From IMG/VR virus record IMGVR_UViG_3300027672_001612, positions 45,776 through 109,775 of that record: 64,000 nucleotides of DNA; one strand, written 5' to 3'. The notes below the pieces were generated by a model. That model did no database searches. It saw nothing but the letters and a program-made list of their open reading frames with translations, and had not been told where the DNA came from. The stretch comes from a virus. Taxonomy: Duplodnaviria > Caudoviricetes. How positions within the stretch are numbered: position 1 is the first letter of the stretch; the number at the start of each line of letters is the position of its first letter. Made by a program: the position numbers and the translations under genes. Below are positions 19,395-31,225 of this stretch, piece by piece.

Positions 19395-20146
19395 TGAGTT
19401 TACAACCAAAAGATTTAAAAGGCGTAGTAACTAACGAAATCAGCATTGACGAGTTTGAACCTAAGACAGGTGAGAAAGAGAATGTTGCAGTATTTGGTTT
19501 TTATGTAACTGAAAAGCAAGTAGGCGAAGACCTAGCAAACTTTTTAGAGAAAAGTTCATTTGAATTCAGAGACGTTGAAGTAACTCCTAATCCTAATCCA
19601 GATAACATGTACATGGTATTCGTTGAAGTAGATAGAGACCCTGGCATGATTGGCATGTTAAGAGAAGTTGCAAAAGATATATTAAATATTTCAGGAGAGA
19701 TGGATTGGAAGGGTAAGCCACTACTAAGTGATAGCTCTTTTGATTTAGCTGATCCACAACTTGAAGGTATTGTAAAAACTACACCTGAAGAGTACGTCAC
19801 TAAAGACGAGCATGAGGCTAATATGAAACAAGAAAAAGAAACTAGCATAAAAGACTTTGTGTTAGATAATACAATTGCTACAGCAGTTGAACTAACTGAT
19901 AGTATTATTACTATTAGAGATGGAAAGCGAAACAAATTACAGTTTGAAGTTGTTTCATTTGGCGAAGGCAAGCCTACTTTAGAAGAAGCAGGACTTAGCG
20001 ACTTAGCTATTGATTACGATTTCGATAGACACCTTATTAAAACAATGGAAAGCATGAGAGGTAAACTAAATGTTTTACCTATTAATAGAAACGTAGTATT
20101 GCACAATCCACACACAGATCAAGTACTAGTGGTCAAACCATGTTAA
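19394..20146 (+). CDS. Hypothetical jumbo-phage protein
   Basis: TAATG coupling with upstream gene. Confidence 0.7.
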   Translation: MSLQPKDLKGVVTNEISIDEFEPKTGEKENVAVFGFYVTEKQVGEDLANFLEKSSFEFRDVEVTPNPNPDNMYMVFVEVDRDPGMIGMLREVAKDILNISGEMDWKGKPLLSDSSFDLADPQLEGIVKTTPEEYVTKDEHEANMKQEKETSIKDFVLDNTIATAVELTDSIITIRDGKRNKLQFEVVSFGEGKPTLEEAGLSDLAIDYDFDRHLIKTMESMRGKLNVLPINRNVVLHNPHTDQVLVVKPC

Positions 20147-20553
20147 GTTTTCTAAAAGCATTACCGTTTATGGCAATAGTATTACTAATGGCTTACGGAG
20201 CACACACATTTATAGTAGGTGGATTAAACAAACAAGTAGACAAACTTCAACAACAAGTTGAAATGTATGTTGCACAGAACGTAGCATTGCAAACAGCGGC
20301 TGATATGAACGAAAGCACTATTAGAAGTTTAGAAGAAGGTGCCGCGAGACAGATAGAACAAATTGGCAATTTACAAGACCAATTCAACTTAGCAACAGCA
20401 CAAAAGAACGAGGCATTAAGAATATTTAATGACCATGACATAACCAAACTTGCAAAGAACAAGCCAGGCTTGATGCAACCAAGAGCAAACAAAGCCACAA
20501 AATCGGAGTTTCAAGCACTAGAAGAGTTAAGTACTGATACAAATGAAAAATAA
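20140..20553 (+). CDS. Inner-membrane spanin (Rz-like)
   Basis: N-terminal TM helix, long coiled coil, AKNKPGL; overlaps a lipoprotein gene. Confidence 0.7.
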   Translation: MLSFLKALPFMAIVLLMAYGAHTFIVGGLNKQVDKLQQQVEMYVAQNVALQTAADMNESTIRSLEEGAARQIEQIGNLQDQFNLATAQKNEALRIFNDHDITKLAKNKPGLMQPRANKATKSEFQALEELSTDTNEK

Positions 20554-21247
20554 CACATCACTTACAGCATTGTTACTTGCAACAACCTTATTTTTAGGTG
20601 CATGTGCAAGTACACAACAATATCAACCTTTACCTCCAGTTAAAGTTATTACTGAAACTGTTGAAGTAGAAATTTATGCACCACCCCTTCCACCCCAAAT
20701 AGATTTACAAGACGTTGAATGGAAAGTTATTTCCAACTATCCTTGTAGACCAGCAACTGGGCAAGATGAGAAGACTGGCTTATACACATACGATAGATTC
20801 GAACGTGAAGAGTATGTTAACGAAGCAGGTGAGACTAAAACAAGATTAAAACGTGATGCAGAAAACAAACGTATTGAGCTACCAGTTATAAAAGGTCAAG
20901 AAGTGTGTGGTAACTTAGACGAACAAATTTACGAAGTTGAGAAACTACTAGACGGAGAGTTTGTAGTATTTGCATTAACTCCGAGTGGTTACCAAGCAAT
21001 GGCAACTAACTTACAAGAGATTAGAAGATACGTTGCACAACAAAAAGACATTATATATTACTATAGAGAGGCAACCGCCCCTAAAGGTAAAGATGGATGG
21101 TTAGAAGAAAATAAAGAACGTCAACAAAACGACTTGGATGCCGCGGCGGCAGACAATGAACAACCAGCTGGCCCGGCACCTAGTGTAGAAGAAACTAAAA
21201 GTGCATTCAGTTTAAAATCACTTTTACCTGGCTTTGGTAACGACTAA
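20543..21247 (+). CDS. Outer-membrane lipoprotein spanin (Rz1-like), extended
   Basis: Signal peptide with FLGAC lipobox; Pro-rich stretch; GYQAMATNLQEIRRYVAQQKDIIYYY helix. Confidence 0.7.
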   Translation: MKNNTSLTALLLATTLFLGACASTQQYQPLPPVKVITETVEVEIYAPPLPPQIDLQDVEWKVISNYPCRPATGQDEKTGLYTYDRFEREEYVNEAGETKTRLKRDAENKRIELPVIKGQEVCGNLDEQIYEVEKLLDGEFVVFALTPSGYQAMATNLQEIRRYVAQQKDIIYYYREATAPKGKDGWLEENKERQQNDLDAAAADNEQPAGPAPSVEETKSAFSLKSLLPGFGND

Positions 21248-21258
21248 GAGAGACACAC

Positions 21259-21489
21259 ATGACAACATTTGAAAGATTACAGAAAGTGATCAATACAGAA
21301 CTTAGTATTGATGTAGACAAAATCAAAGAAGATTCGCATTTATTTGACGATTTAAACTTTGATAGCCTAGATGCTATTGAAATGATTCTAGCTCTAGAAG
21401 GCGAGTTCGATATCGAAATACCAGACGATGACGTTGACGATCTTAGAACAGTTCAGCAACTAATCACATTCATAAACGAAAATTCCTAA
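21259..21489 (+). CDS. acpP: Acyl carrier protein
   Basis: 76 aa, acidic; DLNFDSLDAIE with the phosphopantetheine Ser; EFDIEIPD. Confidence 0.92.
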   Translation: MTTFERLQKVINTELSIDVDKIKEDSHLFDDLNFDSLDAIEMILALEGEFDIEIPDDDVDDLRTVQQLITFINENS

Positions 21490-21541
21490 AACCCTTATTA
21501 TTAACTTGACTTAGGCGGTTCTTTTAGTGTATAATACCACT

Positions 21542-22333
21542 ATGGACTATTATGAAACTCTTGGCGTTAATCATACGACCCAACCAGATGAGATAAAGAA
21601 AGCCTACAAGAAATTGGCTAGTAAACATCATCCGGATAAAGGTGGTGACGAAGCTGAGTTTAAAAAGATCCAAGCCGCATACGAAGTATTAAGCGACCCA
21701 CAAAAGAAACAACAGTACGACAACCCAGATCCATTCGGTGGACAAAATCCTTTCCAAGGGCAAGGTAATCCATTCGGTGATATATTTGGCGATATCTTTG
21801 GTAATAGAGGACAACAGCGACAAGTCCGTAACCCAGATGGTGTGTGCGATATACACATTGATTTGCAAGAAGCATACTCTGGTGCTGAAAAACTAATAGA
21901 CGTAGGCTATGCAAAGTATAAACTAACTATACCAGCCGGCACACAGCACGGCAGTAAGTTTAAGATGCAAGGAAAAGGCCCACACCAGAATAAACAATTA
22001 CCTGCAGGTGATTTAATATGCAGGACATTTGTTCACATGCCAGGCGATTGGCAGAGAGTAGACGACTCATTGATTGTGAGAGTAGAAGTAGATTTCTTCG
22101 AAGCCATGATTGGTACAGAAGTTAGGTTCCCTCATCTAGATGGAGCAACATTAAGTGTTAAAATTCCAGCTAAAACTAGTCCGGGATCGAGACTAAGACT
22201 TAGCGGTAAGGGTATGCCAAACCCACAAAATGGCAGGAAAGGAGATATGTATGTAAATGTTCATGTCGTTTCACCAATCATTAACGATGAACAATTACGA
22301 AAAATAAAAGAATTTTACGACCAGGAGATGTAA
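21542..22333 (+). CDS. dnaJ: DnaJ/CbpA-type J-domain chaperone
   Basis: [17 protein letters not shown] linker, C-terminal domain, no Zn finger. Confidence 0.92.
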   Translation: MDYYETLGVNHTTQPDEIKKAYKKLASKHHPDKGGDEAEFKKIQAAYEVLSDPQKKQQYDNPDPFGGQNPFQGQGNPFGDIFGDIFGNRGQQRQVRNPDGVCDIHIDLQEAYSGAEKLIDVGYAKYKLTIPAGTQHGSKFKMQGKGPHQNKQLPAGDLICRTFVHMPGDWQRVDDSLIVRVEVDFFEAMIGTEVRFPHLDGATLSVKIPAKTSPGSRLRLSGKGMPNPQNGRKGDMYVNVHVVSPIINDEQLRKIKEFYDQEM

Positions 22334-22341
22334 ATAGTAGT

Positions 22342-24525
22342 ATGAGTCAATTAGATAATATTATAACATGTGCAGTAAATTACGCATCAGAACGTAACCA
22401 CGAATATGTAACGTTAGAACACCTAATGCTATGTTGCCTGGAAGACGAGGATGTTCTACAAGTACTCGATGAAATTGATGACCAACTCGACATGGAGTTA
22501 GCAAAAACAGATTTAGTTAATTACCTTGCCGATGATGCCATTAATGGATTGAAGGGTGAAATTGTATATGACGGGAAGCCTAAGAAAACAGAAGGCGTGG
22601 AACGTGTAATGCAAAGAGCATTTGCTCAAGTAATTTTTAGTTCTAGAGATCAAGTTAGTAGTATAGATTTGTTTGTTAGTATCCTTTCAGAAAACGATAC
22701 ACATGCCAAATATATTTGTGAGCTCAATGGTATTGATAGACTAAGTGTTGTACAAGTACTTACTGCTATGAATGGCAATGCTGGACTTAAAGAAGCAGAG
22801 GAGTTCCTTATTAACTTAAATGCCAAAGCGGCTGAGATGGAGATTGATCCATTGATTGGCAGGGCTGAGGAAGTAAGTGACGTTGTACATATTTTAGCAA
22901 GACGTAAAAAGAACAACCCATTACTAATTGGAGAGCCTGGTGTTGGTAAGACTGCTATTGCGGAAGGACTAGCATTAAAGATTGTTGAAGGGCAAGTACC
23001 TAATGCACTCAAAGACAAAGTTGTTTACAGTTTAGACATTGGTAGTTTACTTGCTGGCACAAAATATAGAGGAGACTTTGAGGAACGTATTAAAGTTGTC
23101 CTAGATAGTTTAGAAGCAGATAAGAATGTTATTTTGTTTATTGATGAGATACATATGATTATGGGAGCCGGTAGTGCTGGCAGTAGTAACGTAGACGTTG
23201 CTAACTTGTTAAAGCCACTACTAGGTAGAGGTAAACTATTAACAATGGGTGCTACAACTAACGATGAATACAGCACACATTTTGAAAAGGATAAAGCACT
23301 ATTGCGTAGGTTCCAACGTGTGGACATCGAGCCCACAGACGTTCCTACGACTATTGAAATTATGAAAGGGTTAAAGCCTTTCTTTGAAGAGTTTCACGGT
23401 GTTACTTATACTGATGAGTTAGTTGCAAAAAGTGTAGACTTAGCAGACCGTTATATTAAAAACAAATTCTTCCCAGACAAAGCAGTAGATGTAATTGATG
23501 CCGCCGGAGCCACAGTTAAACTTCGTGGAGAAGAGGTTGTTAATACACCAGACATTGTACATGTTATTAGTAAAATGAGTAAGATCGGTGCAGACGTTAT
23601 TGACGTTGATAGTACAGAAGGTTACAAGAGCTTAGACAAACGTATTAAAACTAAAGTGTTTGGACAAGACGAAGCAGTAGACCAAATTGTTGAAGCCATA
23701 CTTGTTGCTAAAGCAGGACTTAGAGAAGAAGGACAGCCAATTGGATCGTTCTTACTTGTAGGTCCAACTGGTACAGGTAAAACTGAAACAGCAAAACAAC
23801 TAGCGGCACAACTAGAAGCAAAACTAATACGTTTTGATATGAGTGAGTATCAAGAACGTCATAGTGTAAGTAAGTTGATTGGTGCTCCTCCGGGATACGT
23901 TGGACATGCTGAAGGAAAGATGGGACAAGGACAACTACTCACATCAGTAGAAGAGAATCCTAATTGTGTACTACTATTAGATGAGGTTGAGAAAGCCGCA
24001 CCTGAAGTACTACAACTATTACTACAAGTTATGGACGATGGTAGACTAACAGGAGCAACTGGTAAGACTACAGACTTCAGTAATGTTATTATGCTAATGA
24101 CTAGTAACTTAGGAGCCGCGGATGGCGAGACTAATAAAATTGGTTTCGGTGACCAAGTTAAAAAAGATACTGACACTAAAGCAATTAAGGCATTCTTTGC
24201 CCCAGAGTTTAGAAACAGATTGGATGCAGTTATCAAGTTTAACAAACTAGGCAAGCCTGTTATTGAAAAGATTGTAGGCAGACTACAAGATGAGATTAAC
24301 TTACAACTCAAGGATAAGAATATTGAAGTTGTACTTGATGCCAAGGCTATTAAATACTTTATGGATAATGGTTACAGTCCGGACATGGGTGCCAGACCGT
24401 TGAAGAGATTATTTGAAAAGGATCTCAAAAAGCCATTAAGTAAAAAAATATTATTTGAAGAATTAAAAGATGTCGTTTTAAATGTAACTGTTAAAGGTGA
24501 AGAAATTGACATCCAGCCTGCTTAA
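22342..24525 (+). CDS. clpA: ClpA AAA+ unfoldase
   Basis: Clp N-domain HEYVTLEHL; GEPGVGKT and GPTGTGKT; [23 protein letters not shown]; IGF ClpP-docking loop; no ClpB middle domain. Confidence 0.92.
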   Translation: MSQLDNIITCAVNYASERNHEYVTLEHLMLCCLEDEDVLQVLDEIDDQLDMELAKTDLVNYLADDAINGLKGEIVYDGKPKKTEGVERVMQRAFAQVIFSSRDQVSSIDLFVSILSENDTHAKYICELNGIDRLSVVQVLTAMNGNAGLKEAEEFLINLNAKAAEMEIDPLIGRAEEVSDVVHILARRKKNNPLLIGEPGVGKTAIAEGLALKIVEGQVPNALKDKVVYSLDIGSLLAGTKYRGDFEERIKVVLDSLEADKNVILFIDEIHMIMGAGSAGSSNVDVANLLKPLLGRGKLLTMGATTNDEYSTHFEKDKALLRRFQRVDIEPTDVPTTIEIMKGLKPFFEEFHGVTYTDELVAKSVDLADRYIKNKFFPDKAVDVIDAAGATVKLRGEEVVNTPDIVHVISKMSKIGADVIDVDSTEGYKSLDKRIKTKVFGQDEAVDQIVEAILVAKAGLREEGQPIGSFLLVGPTGTGKTETAKQLAAQLEAKLIRFDMSEYQERHSVSKLIGAPPGYVGHAEGKMGQGQLLTSVEENPNCVLLLDEVEKAAPEVLQLLLQVMDDGRLTGATGKTTDFSNVIMLMTSNLGAADGETNKIGFGDQVKKDTDTKAIKAFFAPEFRNRLDAVIKFNKLGKPVIEKIVGRLQDEINLQLKDKNIEVVLDAKAIKYFMDNGYSPDMGARPLKRLFEKDLKKPLSKKILFEELKDVVLNVTVKGEEIDIQPA

Positions 24526-25207
24526 TATAGAACAGTTATCACGTGAGGAATACTCTCCTATACTCATAGGCTCTGATAGAATATACTATAAGAAGTATCC
24601 TTACAAAGTCAGCCTCATAGATACAAACGTTTCATACGATGTTACCAGAGCATTAGAAATGTTAGACTGGTGGGAAATAACTGGTAAGGAAAACGTAAAG
24701 TTTGTAAGTAATCTTACTAGGCATTTTTATTTTAGAGAGAAGAAGGTTTTAGATTTCTTTGTTGATTTCTTTGCAGACCAAATAAAAGATATCAAAGGAC
24801 CAGTATCACAAGAACATATCGGGTTCTTACAACAAGTTAATCAGAACATGATCGACAACCAGAACCATTATCACTTCCATGGCAACGTTGAACTTATTAT
24901 TAGAAACAACCTATGGCATAAAGAATTCGATACTAAAGTAGAAGTTAGCGGAATGAAGCACCCTCCAGGACGACAATGGACTCACAACAATGGATACGGA
25001 CGACCTAGCTTACCTCATGAACGACATGAGTTACAACAAGCAATTAAACAGAGTTGTAAAGGGATTGTAGATAAGTATAGAGACAGCCGCTGGAATTATT
25101 TTTATTGCAGTAGCAACCACATAGACGACATAAAGATGTTTGTAAAGCTCAAACACCCTCAAGCGAGGCTTCATATCTCTAAAGCATTAGTAGAGAAAAA
25201 CTTGTAA
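24497..25207 (+). CDS. Hypothetical protein
   Basis: Long ORF. Confidence 0.6.
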   Translation: MKKLTSSLLNIEQLSREEYSPILIGSDRIYYKKYPYKVSLIDTNVSYDVTRALEMLDWWEITGKENVKFVSNLTRHFYFREKKVLDFFVDFFADQIKDIKGPVSQEHIGFLQQVNQNMIDNQNHYHFHGNVELIIRNNLWHKEFDTKVEVSGMKHPPGRQWTHNNGYGRPSLPHERHELQQAIKQSCKGIVDKYRDSRWNYFYCSSNHIDDIKMFVKLKHPQARLHISKALVEKNL

Positions 25208-25223
25208 TTGGATAAATAGTTGT

Positions 25224-25637
25224 ATGGCAATTAATAGAAAATCAGTTTTAGTACAAAGTGCAACAGCATCTACAATGAACGTGACTACTGCTAAAGTAGA
25301 AGGCGACAGTTACTATGGTTACAGCGATGGATTACACACATTTGCTGTGAAGTATAATGCATTTAAAGGTAGAGTGTATGTGCAAGCCACATTATCATTA
25401 ACGCCTACAGAAGCAGACTGGTTTAGTGTACAAGTACCAGGCGGTGTAAGTGTAGCGAATGGCGGTTACAAGCAATTCCCACAAACCGGATCAGCTGGAT
25501 ATACTGCTTCAGAAGGGTATAATATAATTGGTAACTTTGCTTGGCTTAGACTAAAGTTTGATAGATCCTATATAGGCGATGGAACTACATACTCCATGGA
25601 TTATGGTCAAATCGATAGTGTCAGGTTATCAGCTTAA
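25224..25637 (+). CDS. Late hypothetical / virion protein
   Basis: GATAAATA at 25211, immediately upstream. Confidence 0.65.
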   Translation: MAINRKSVLVQSATASTMNVTTAKVEGDSYYGYSDGLHTFAVKYNAFKGRVYVQATLSLTPTEADWFSVQVPGGVSVANGGYKQFPQTGSAGYTASEGYNIIGNFAWLRLKFDRSYIGDGTTYSMDYGQIDSVRLSA

Positions 25638-25715
25638 ACAAGCAGTTCAGCCTTAAATCAAAAAAAACGACTAAAGTGATAAATACTGCTATACATGAAA
25701 GCAGGATAATTTAGT

Positions 25716-28700
25716 ATGGCAATAGGATCAAATGACGGCGTAGAATTTAATTTATCTAACATTCAGGATAATCAAGTACTTGTCTATGATGCGGCACAAG
25801 GTGTTTTCGTTAACGAAACGGCGGCTGTATCGGCAAATGCAAGTATAACTGGACAAGGAAGAAATTTAGGTGCTACCGGAGTCGGCACATTCAAACAAAA
25901 CGATAGTAACTATTTAGAGTTCTATAAGCTAGATGCTGGGCCAAACGTAACTTTATCATTAAATAACAATGTTATTACAATTGATAGTAAAGTTGGAACT
26001 AGTTCAACTACACTTAGCTCAGGATCAGCAACAAGCATAGTAGTATATGATGCGGCTGGTACTACAGTAACAGGTACATCAGCACTAACATTTGATGGTA
26101 CTACATTAACTCATACTGGTGCATCTCAAAATGTTACCACAGCAAACGGTTTAGTTACAGCAAACGGTTTAGTTACAACTAACTTAACAATTGGCACTCA
26201 GGTGTTCCCAACAACAGACGGCGGTGCTAACCAAGTACTTGCAACTGATGGATCTGGAGCATTAGCGTGGACTAACCAAACGTCAACAGCAGGTTTATTA
26301 GCAAGTGCTACATTCAATGCTCACGTGGCGTCAGCAATAACTTCAACGTCAAATCATCAGCCTGCATTAGATGTTACTTACAGTTTAGGTAACTCCACAA
26401 ACAGATATTCACAAGTGTTCTCACAATACTTTAGAGGACAAGCAGACGTTTCTGCAAATGCATTAAACTTAGGATCAGTACCTGCGGCAAATTATAGATT
26501 AGCGGCAGACAGTTATACTATTGCTCAAGTAGATTCAGCAATAGGCAATGTTTCAGTTCCAAGTATTGCAAACTTATTAAGTAACATAACAGTTACTAAC
26601 AACGCAGTATCGTATGTACATGAAAGCGGTAAGGTTGATCTTAGATCATCAGATAGTAGTATTACAATTGCCCCAGACACAGCAGGCAAATATGTAGACT
26701 TAAAATTTAACGATGTTAAATACCAATTTACAAGATTTAGTGCAGATGGTGATGCAAGTAACTATATTATACCTGAAACAACAACTGACATATTAAACAT
26801 TGCAGGTGGTACAGGTATTACTGTTGCGGCAAATCCAGGCACAGATACAATTACAATTACTGCAACAGGTGGAGCTGGTAACCTTACAGGACTAAGCGAT
26901 GTTAGTACTGCAGGCGTAACATCTGGACAAGTATTAAAATATAATGGTTCCAGTTGGGCTCCGGCGAATGACGCAGGTGCCGGTGCAGGTATTTCATTAA
27001 CAGATTTAAGTGTTACTAGTGCAAGTGCTAGTGGCAATGGTAGTTTAAGTTACAACAACGGCACAGGTGTGTTTACACATACACCAGCAGATGTTAGTGC
27101 TGTTACACAAAGTTTAGCTTGGAACAGTGGTACAAGTACATTAAGTATTAGTTCAGGTAACTCAATTGATTTGAGTACATTAGTAAACACTGATACACAA
27201 GATTTAAGTATTAGCGGTAACGTAATTAGTTTAGTTAGTGGTGGCACAGTAGATATTACTAGTGCTATTGCAAGTGGTGGTGGAACAACTACTGTTGCAG
27301 GACTAACTGATACAGCAATAAGCGGTCCAACATCCGGACAAGTATTAAAGTGGAACGGCACCAAGTGGGCCAATGCGGCAGATACTGATACTGATACACA
27401 AGATTTAACCCTAAGTGGTAATGTAATTACATTAACCGATGGCGGCACAGTTGACTTAACGAGTGCTATAGCAACAGGCGGTGGTAACTATAACAACTCT
27501 AATGTTGCAACATACTTATCAGGTGCAGGGTTTGCCACACAGTCAACTATAGTAGCGGCAATAACTGATAGTGCTCCAGGCACATTAGATACACTAAATG
27601 AATTGGCGTCGGCACTAGGTGACGATGCAAACTTTAGTACAACAATAACAAATTCAATAGCCACTAAGGCGGCTATTAGTTCGCTATCCACAGTAGGAAC
27701 AAGCGGACTATTTGCAGATTTAACAAGTAGACCAAGTATAGCAGTAAGTGGAAGCAACTTAACATACGATGGTACTACACTAGATTTAAGTGGCTTAGGA
27801 GCCACAGGTGCTACAGGACCAGCTGGAAGTACAGGAGCCGCAGGCTCAAACGGAACAAACGGAACAGACGGAACAGACGGCAAATTTATATCAAGTGCCG
27901 CTGTAGCAGGTTCTACATTAACACTTACTCATAGTGATTCAAGTACTACAGTAGTTAGTGGTAGTGTTACAGGTGCTACTGGAGCCGTTGGAAACGGAAT
28001 TACAACTGTTGCTCTAAGTGGCGACAACTTAGTATTAACTTACTCAAATGCTTCTGTACAAGATATGGGAAGTGTTAGAGGTGCTACTGGAGCCGCTGGA
28101 GCGGCAGGTGCCGCAGGTTCAGACGGAGCCGCAGGCGCAGTAGACCAAACATTAAGTGCTTCAGGTAATGTTATTACTATTAGTGGTAACAACGACACAG
28201 TAGATTTAACTACTATGTTGGCACCATATACAAAAACAGATACTGATGCACAGACATTATCATTAAGCGGAACAAACTTATCAATTACTGGTGGTAACAC
28301 TATAGACGTAAGTAGCCTAGGCGGTAGTAGTTATACTAACGCATCAGTTGATACGCACCTTAACCAAGCTGGACCAACAACTGGACATGTTCTTTCTTGG
28401 AATGGATCAGACTATGCCTGGGTAGCAAACAGTGGCGGTGGCAGTTATGGAGACTCCGATGTTGATTCTCACATACAAGGAACTGGTTCGCAGATCTCAT
28501 ACGCTTCAGGCGTAATTGGTTTAACCGATACAGCCGTTACAGCAGGTATTTACGGAAGCTCAACAAACAGTCCACGTATTACAGTTGACCAACAAGGTAG
28601 AATAACAAGTGTAACTGAACAAGCAATCTCCGGAGGCGGAGGCGGCAGTGGTACAAGTTACGAATACTTTAAAATATATTATACATCAGCAGGAGCCATT

Positions 28701-29057
28701 GATACAACTCAAGGCACTGGCGGTATTAGTGATAAGAGTAGTAAGATGGGAACAGTTACAGTATCTAATGCGGCAAGTAATGCCTGTGAATTAACATTAC
28801 ATTTTAACAATAACTATAACAGACCTCCATTAGGAATTACTGCTTATGGTTATTCCCAATCAACAAGTGAATATAACATAAAAAGCATGATACAAAACTT
28901 AGTTAACACCACATTAAAAATGGATGGCTCCGGCACTCCACATGGATCATTAGGATCAAACTTAATTACAATGAGTTTGACACGTTCTGAAACAGGCTCG
29001 AGCAGTGGCTTTGGACAATCCAGTCATGCTTGGATTTACTTTACGATGGGAAGTTAA
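25716..29057 (+). CDS. Long tail-fibre-like protein with collagen-like GXY segments
   Basis: GQVLK(Y/W)NG..W repeats, DTQDL.(I/L)SGN repeats, APGTLDTLNELASALGDDANF fibre motif, GATGATGPAG; late promoter at 25678. Confidence 0.8.
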   Translation: MAIGSNDGVEFNLSNIQDNQVLVYDAAQGVFVNETAAVSANASITGQGRNLGATGVGTFKQNDSNYLEFYKLDAGPNVTLSLNNNVITIDSKVGTSSTTLSSGSATSIVVYDAAGTTVTGTSALTFDGTTLTHTGASQNVTTANGLVTANGLVTTNLTIGTQVFPTTDGGANQVLATDGSGALAWTNQTSTAGLLASATFNAHVASAITSTSNHQPALDVTYSLGNSTNRYSQVFSQYFRGQADVSANALNLGSVPAANYRLAADSYTIAQVDSAIGNVSVPSIANLLSNITVTNNAVSYVHESGKVDLRSSDSSITIAPDTAGKYVDLKFNDVKYQFTRFSADGDASNYIIPETTTDILNIAGGTGITVAANPGTDTITITATGGAGNLTGLSDVSTAGVTSGQVLKYNGSSWAPANDAGAGAGISLTDLSVTSASASGNGSLSYNNGTGVFTHTPADVSAVTQSLAWNSGTSTLSISSGNSIDLSTLVNTDTQDLSISGNVISLVSGGTVDITSAIASGGGTTTVAGLTDTAISGPTSGQVLKWNGTKWANAADTDTDTQDLTLSGNVITLTDGGTVDLTSAIATGGGNYNNSNVATYLSGAGFATQSTIVAAITDSAPGTLDTLNELASALGDDANFSTTITNSIATKAAISSLSTVGTSGLFADLTSRPSIAVSGSNLTYDGTTLDLSGLGATGATGPAGSTGAAGSNGTNGTDGTDGKFISSAAVAGSTLTLTHSDSSTTVVSGSVTGATGAVGNGITTVALSGDNLVLTYSNASVQDMGSVRGATGAAGAAGAAGSDGAAGAVDQTLSASGNVITISGNNDTVDLTTMLAPYTKTDTDAQTLSLSGTNLSITGGNTIDVSSLGGSSYTNASVDTHLNQAGPTTGHVLSWNGSDYAWVANSGGGSYGDSDVDSHIQGTGSQISYASGVIGLTDTAVTAGIYGSSTNSPRITVDQQGRITSVTEQAISGGGGGSGTSYEYFKIYYTSAGAIDTTQGTGGISDKSSKMGTVTVSNAASNACELTLHFNNNYNRPPLGITAYGYSQSTSEYNIKSMIQNLVNTTLKMDGSGTPHGSLGSNLITMSLTRSETGSSSGFGQSSHAWIYFTMGS

Positions 29058-29058
29058 G

Positions 29059-31086
29059 ATGGCAGACGTAATTAACAAAAATTCAACTTCAACACTAGAT
29101 ATATACAAACCAGCAAAAGTACTACAACTAAGTGTTACTAGTGCAACTGGTGAAAAGTATTGGCCCCATGATGATGGCGCAGGCGATCCGTGGTGGAGTT
29201 CAAGTGCAAGTCCTAAGTTTTATCAATATGTATTGGTAATGACTGTTACAGAATATGCACATGGTTCACATAAGACTAGAGCACACAAAAAATATAATGG
29301 ACTTGACGTAGCAGTTGGCGATTGGATTGCTGGCTCACAAGACGGCAAGTGTATGCAGATTATCAGTGTAAGTGCCAAGACAGCAACTACCGTTACTTGC
29401 ATTGTAGAAGATGTATTGAGATACAATACATTTAGAAGTTCGGCTGGTAGTCCGATTTTTTCCGTACCAGGTACAGCATTACTATTTACGCTTAATGAAA
29501 ACGGTAAGCCTATTATTGACCCGTTGCCTGCCAGTGTTGTTAGTACAGACTTTTATCCAAACGTAACTAGTAGGTTTGAATACTTTAATCCTGCTGAAAA
29601 CTTTAGATTGGAAAAGACTGCTCATGGGTTCTCTAGAGGCGATGTAATTGTTGTCACTGAAGCTGGAGCCTATGCTAAGGCAAATGCGGTTACTATGTCA
29701 AGAACGATTGGTGTAGTCAGTGTTGTTGGACCTGGCCCGAATCAATTTGCAGTAATGCCACAAAATAGAATTATAGATTTCAATCCTGCATTGCCAGGAA
29801 CAGTTGGTAACTACATATATGCAGACACCGACGGAGACTTAACTACAACCGATACTGGTAAAGTTATATTCTTAAAACTTAAAAACTCTGTTGCATCAAC
29901 AGTTACTAGCACAAATGCATCACCCACTGCTACAGTAGGAGATAAAATTGAGATCAACGGAGCCAACGTAACCTTTACTGGTACAACAGTTGCATCTGTT
30001 GTATCTAACATCAACTCGACGGCTAACACTTATGTAATAGCTAGTACCCAGGCAGAGCCTACAACAGTAACTAGTGATACTAGTACATATAATTACGGAT
30101 TACTAGGTGGATACATTCCTTTTGCAGGTACAATTAGCACAGGAAGTGGCGACCAAACTATAACTCAAAGCACAGCAGTACATGGTGCTGGAGTATACGG
30201 AGCCGGTATTGCAAGTGCTACTGATATTAAAAACACAATTTCCGCATTAGGCATTGCAAACTTATCTGTTACAGTATTAGGTACTGGACAATTAAAATTA
30301 AGCGAAGCCAATGGTAATGCTGTTACTATTACTAACACCACTGCAGATGCTAATGGAAATCCATTTGCTGGAGCAAGTAGTGTTACTGGTTTACCTTTAA
30401 CTACTAGTGCTACAACAGGAAGTTTTATGCTCTTATCTAGAGCAGACGGTGGACCAATTGATATAGAAAATACTGTGGGAACTCCTGCAGAAGACTTAGC
30501 CATTTATAGTACACACAATGGACAATATCCATTAGGACTATACATTGAGCATGGTGTTAGAAGTGGTGGTATTACTATCGTTGCTAACGTGGCGGCTCGC
30601 AACTCATTAACACCACAAGGTGGCGACATGGCTTATGTTACTGATGCTGGTGATGGCGAATGGGGTCTGTTTATATATGATGGCAGTGCATGGACAGAAG
30701 TTGGTAACCAGGATAGTGCGGCAACTGATGCCCAAACTATTAGTTTCAACTATACTGCACCTGGCGGAGGCTTTGGCGGAGTTGAAACTGTAAACTTAGC
30801 AAACATATCTCCTGGTGCTAGAATTGTAGATGTTAGTGTTGAAGTTAATACTGCATTAAGTAATTATACTGGCGCTACTGAACCTACAGTTGATGTTGGT
30901 ACAGCAAGTGACTTAGATCAGTTTATGACTGGTGATGAGAGTGACTTATCATTAGCTGGTACATATACTGCTAATCCAAACTATTTATACCCTTCAACAC
31001 AGACAGTTGACCTTAGTCTTAAGGCTAGAATATCCCATAGAACAAGTACTGCAGGCGACTTTGTAGTAACTGTAACTTACGTCTAA
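29059..31086 (+). CDS. Virion structural protein
   Basis: T/S/G-rich; C-terminal module shared with 9071-10144. Confidence 0.7.
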   Translation: MADVINKNSTSTLDIYKPAKVLQLSVTSATGEKYWPHDDGAGDPWWSSSASPKFYQYVLVMTVTEYAHGSHKTRAHKKYNGLDVAVGDWIAGSQDGKCMQIISVSAKTATTVTCIVEDVLRYNTFRSSAGSPIFSVPGTALLFTLNENGKPIIDPLPASVVSTDFYPNVTSRFEYFNPAENFRLEKTAHGFSRGDVIVVTEAGAYAKANAVTMSRTIGVVSVVGPGPNQFAVMPQNRIIDFNPALPGTVGNYIYADTDGDLTTTDTGKVIFLKLKNSVASTVTSTNASPTATVGDKIEINGANVTFTGTTVASVVSNINSTANTYVIASTQAEPTTVTSDTSTYNYGLLGGYIPFAGTISTGSGDQTITQSTAVHGAGVYGAGIASATDIKNTISALGIANLSVTVLGTGQLKLSEANGNAVTITNTTADANGNPFAGASSVTGLPLTTSATTGSFMLLSRADGGPIDIENTVGTPAEDLAIYSTHNGQYPLGLYIEHGVRSGGITIVANVAARNSLTPQGGDMAYVTDAGDGEWGLFIYDGSAWTEVGNQDSAATDAQTISFNYTAPGGGFGGVETVNLANISPGARIVDVSVEVNTALSNYTGATEPTVDVGTASDLDQFMTGDESDLSLAGTYTANPNYLYPSTQTVDLSLKARISHRTSTAGDFVVTVTYV

Positions 31087-31225
31087 TAATCCTTCCAGTA
31101 ACTCACTAAAAACTTATTTGAACGATAAATACAACTAGTATTGTAATCAGAACTATTATGATTACGGTGCGATCTATAGATAAAAAATGATTTATTAAAC
31201 AAGTCATCCTTAAGGAGTAACACAA

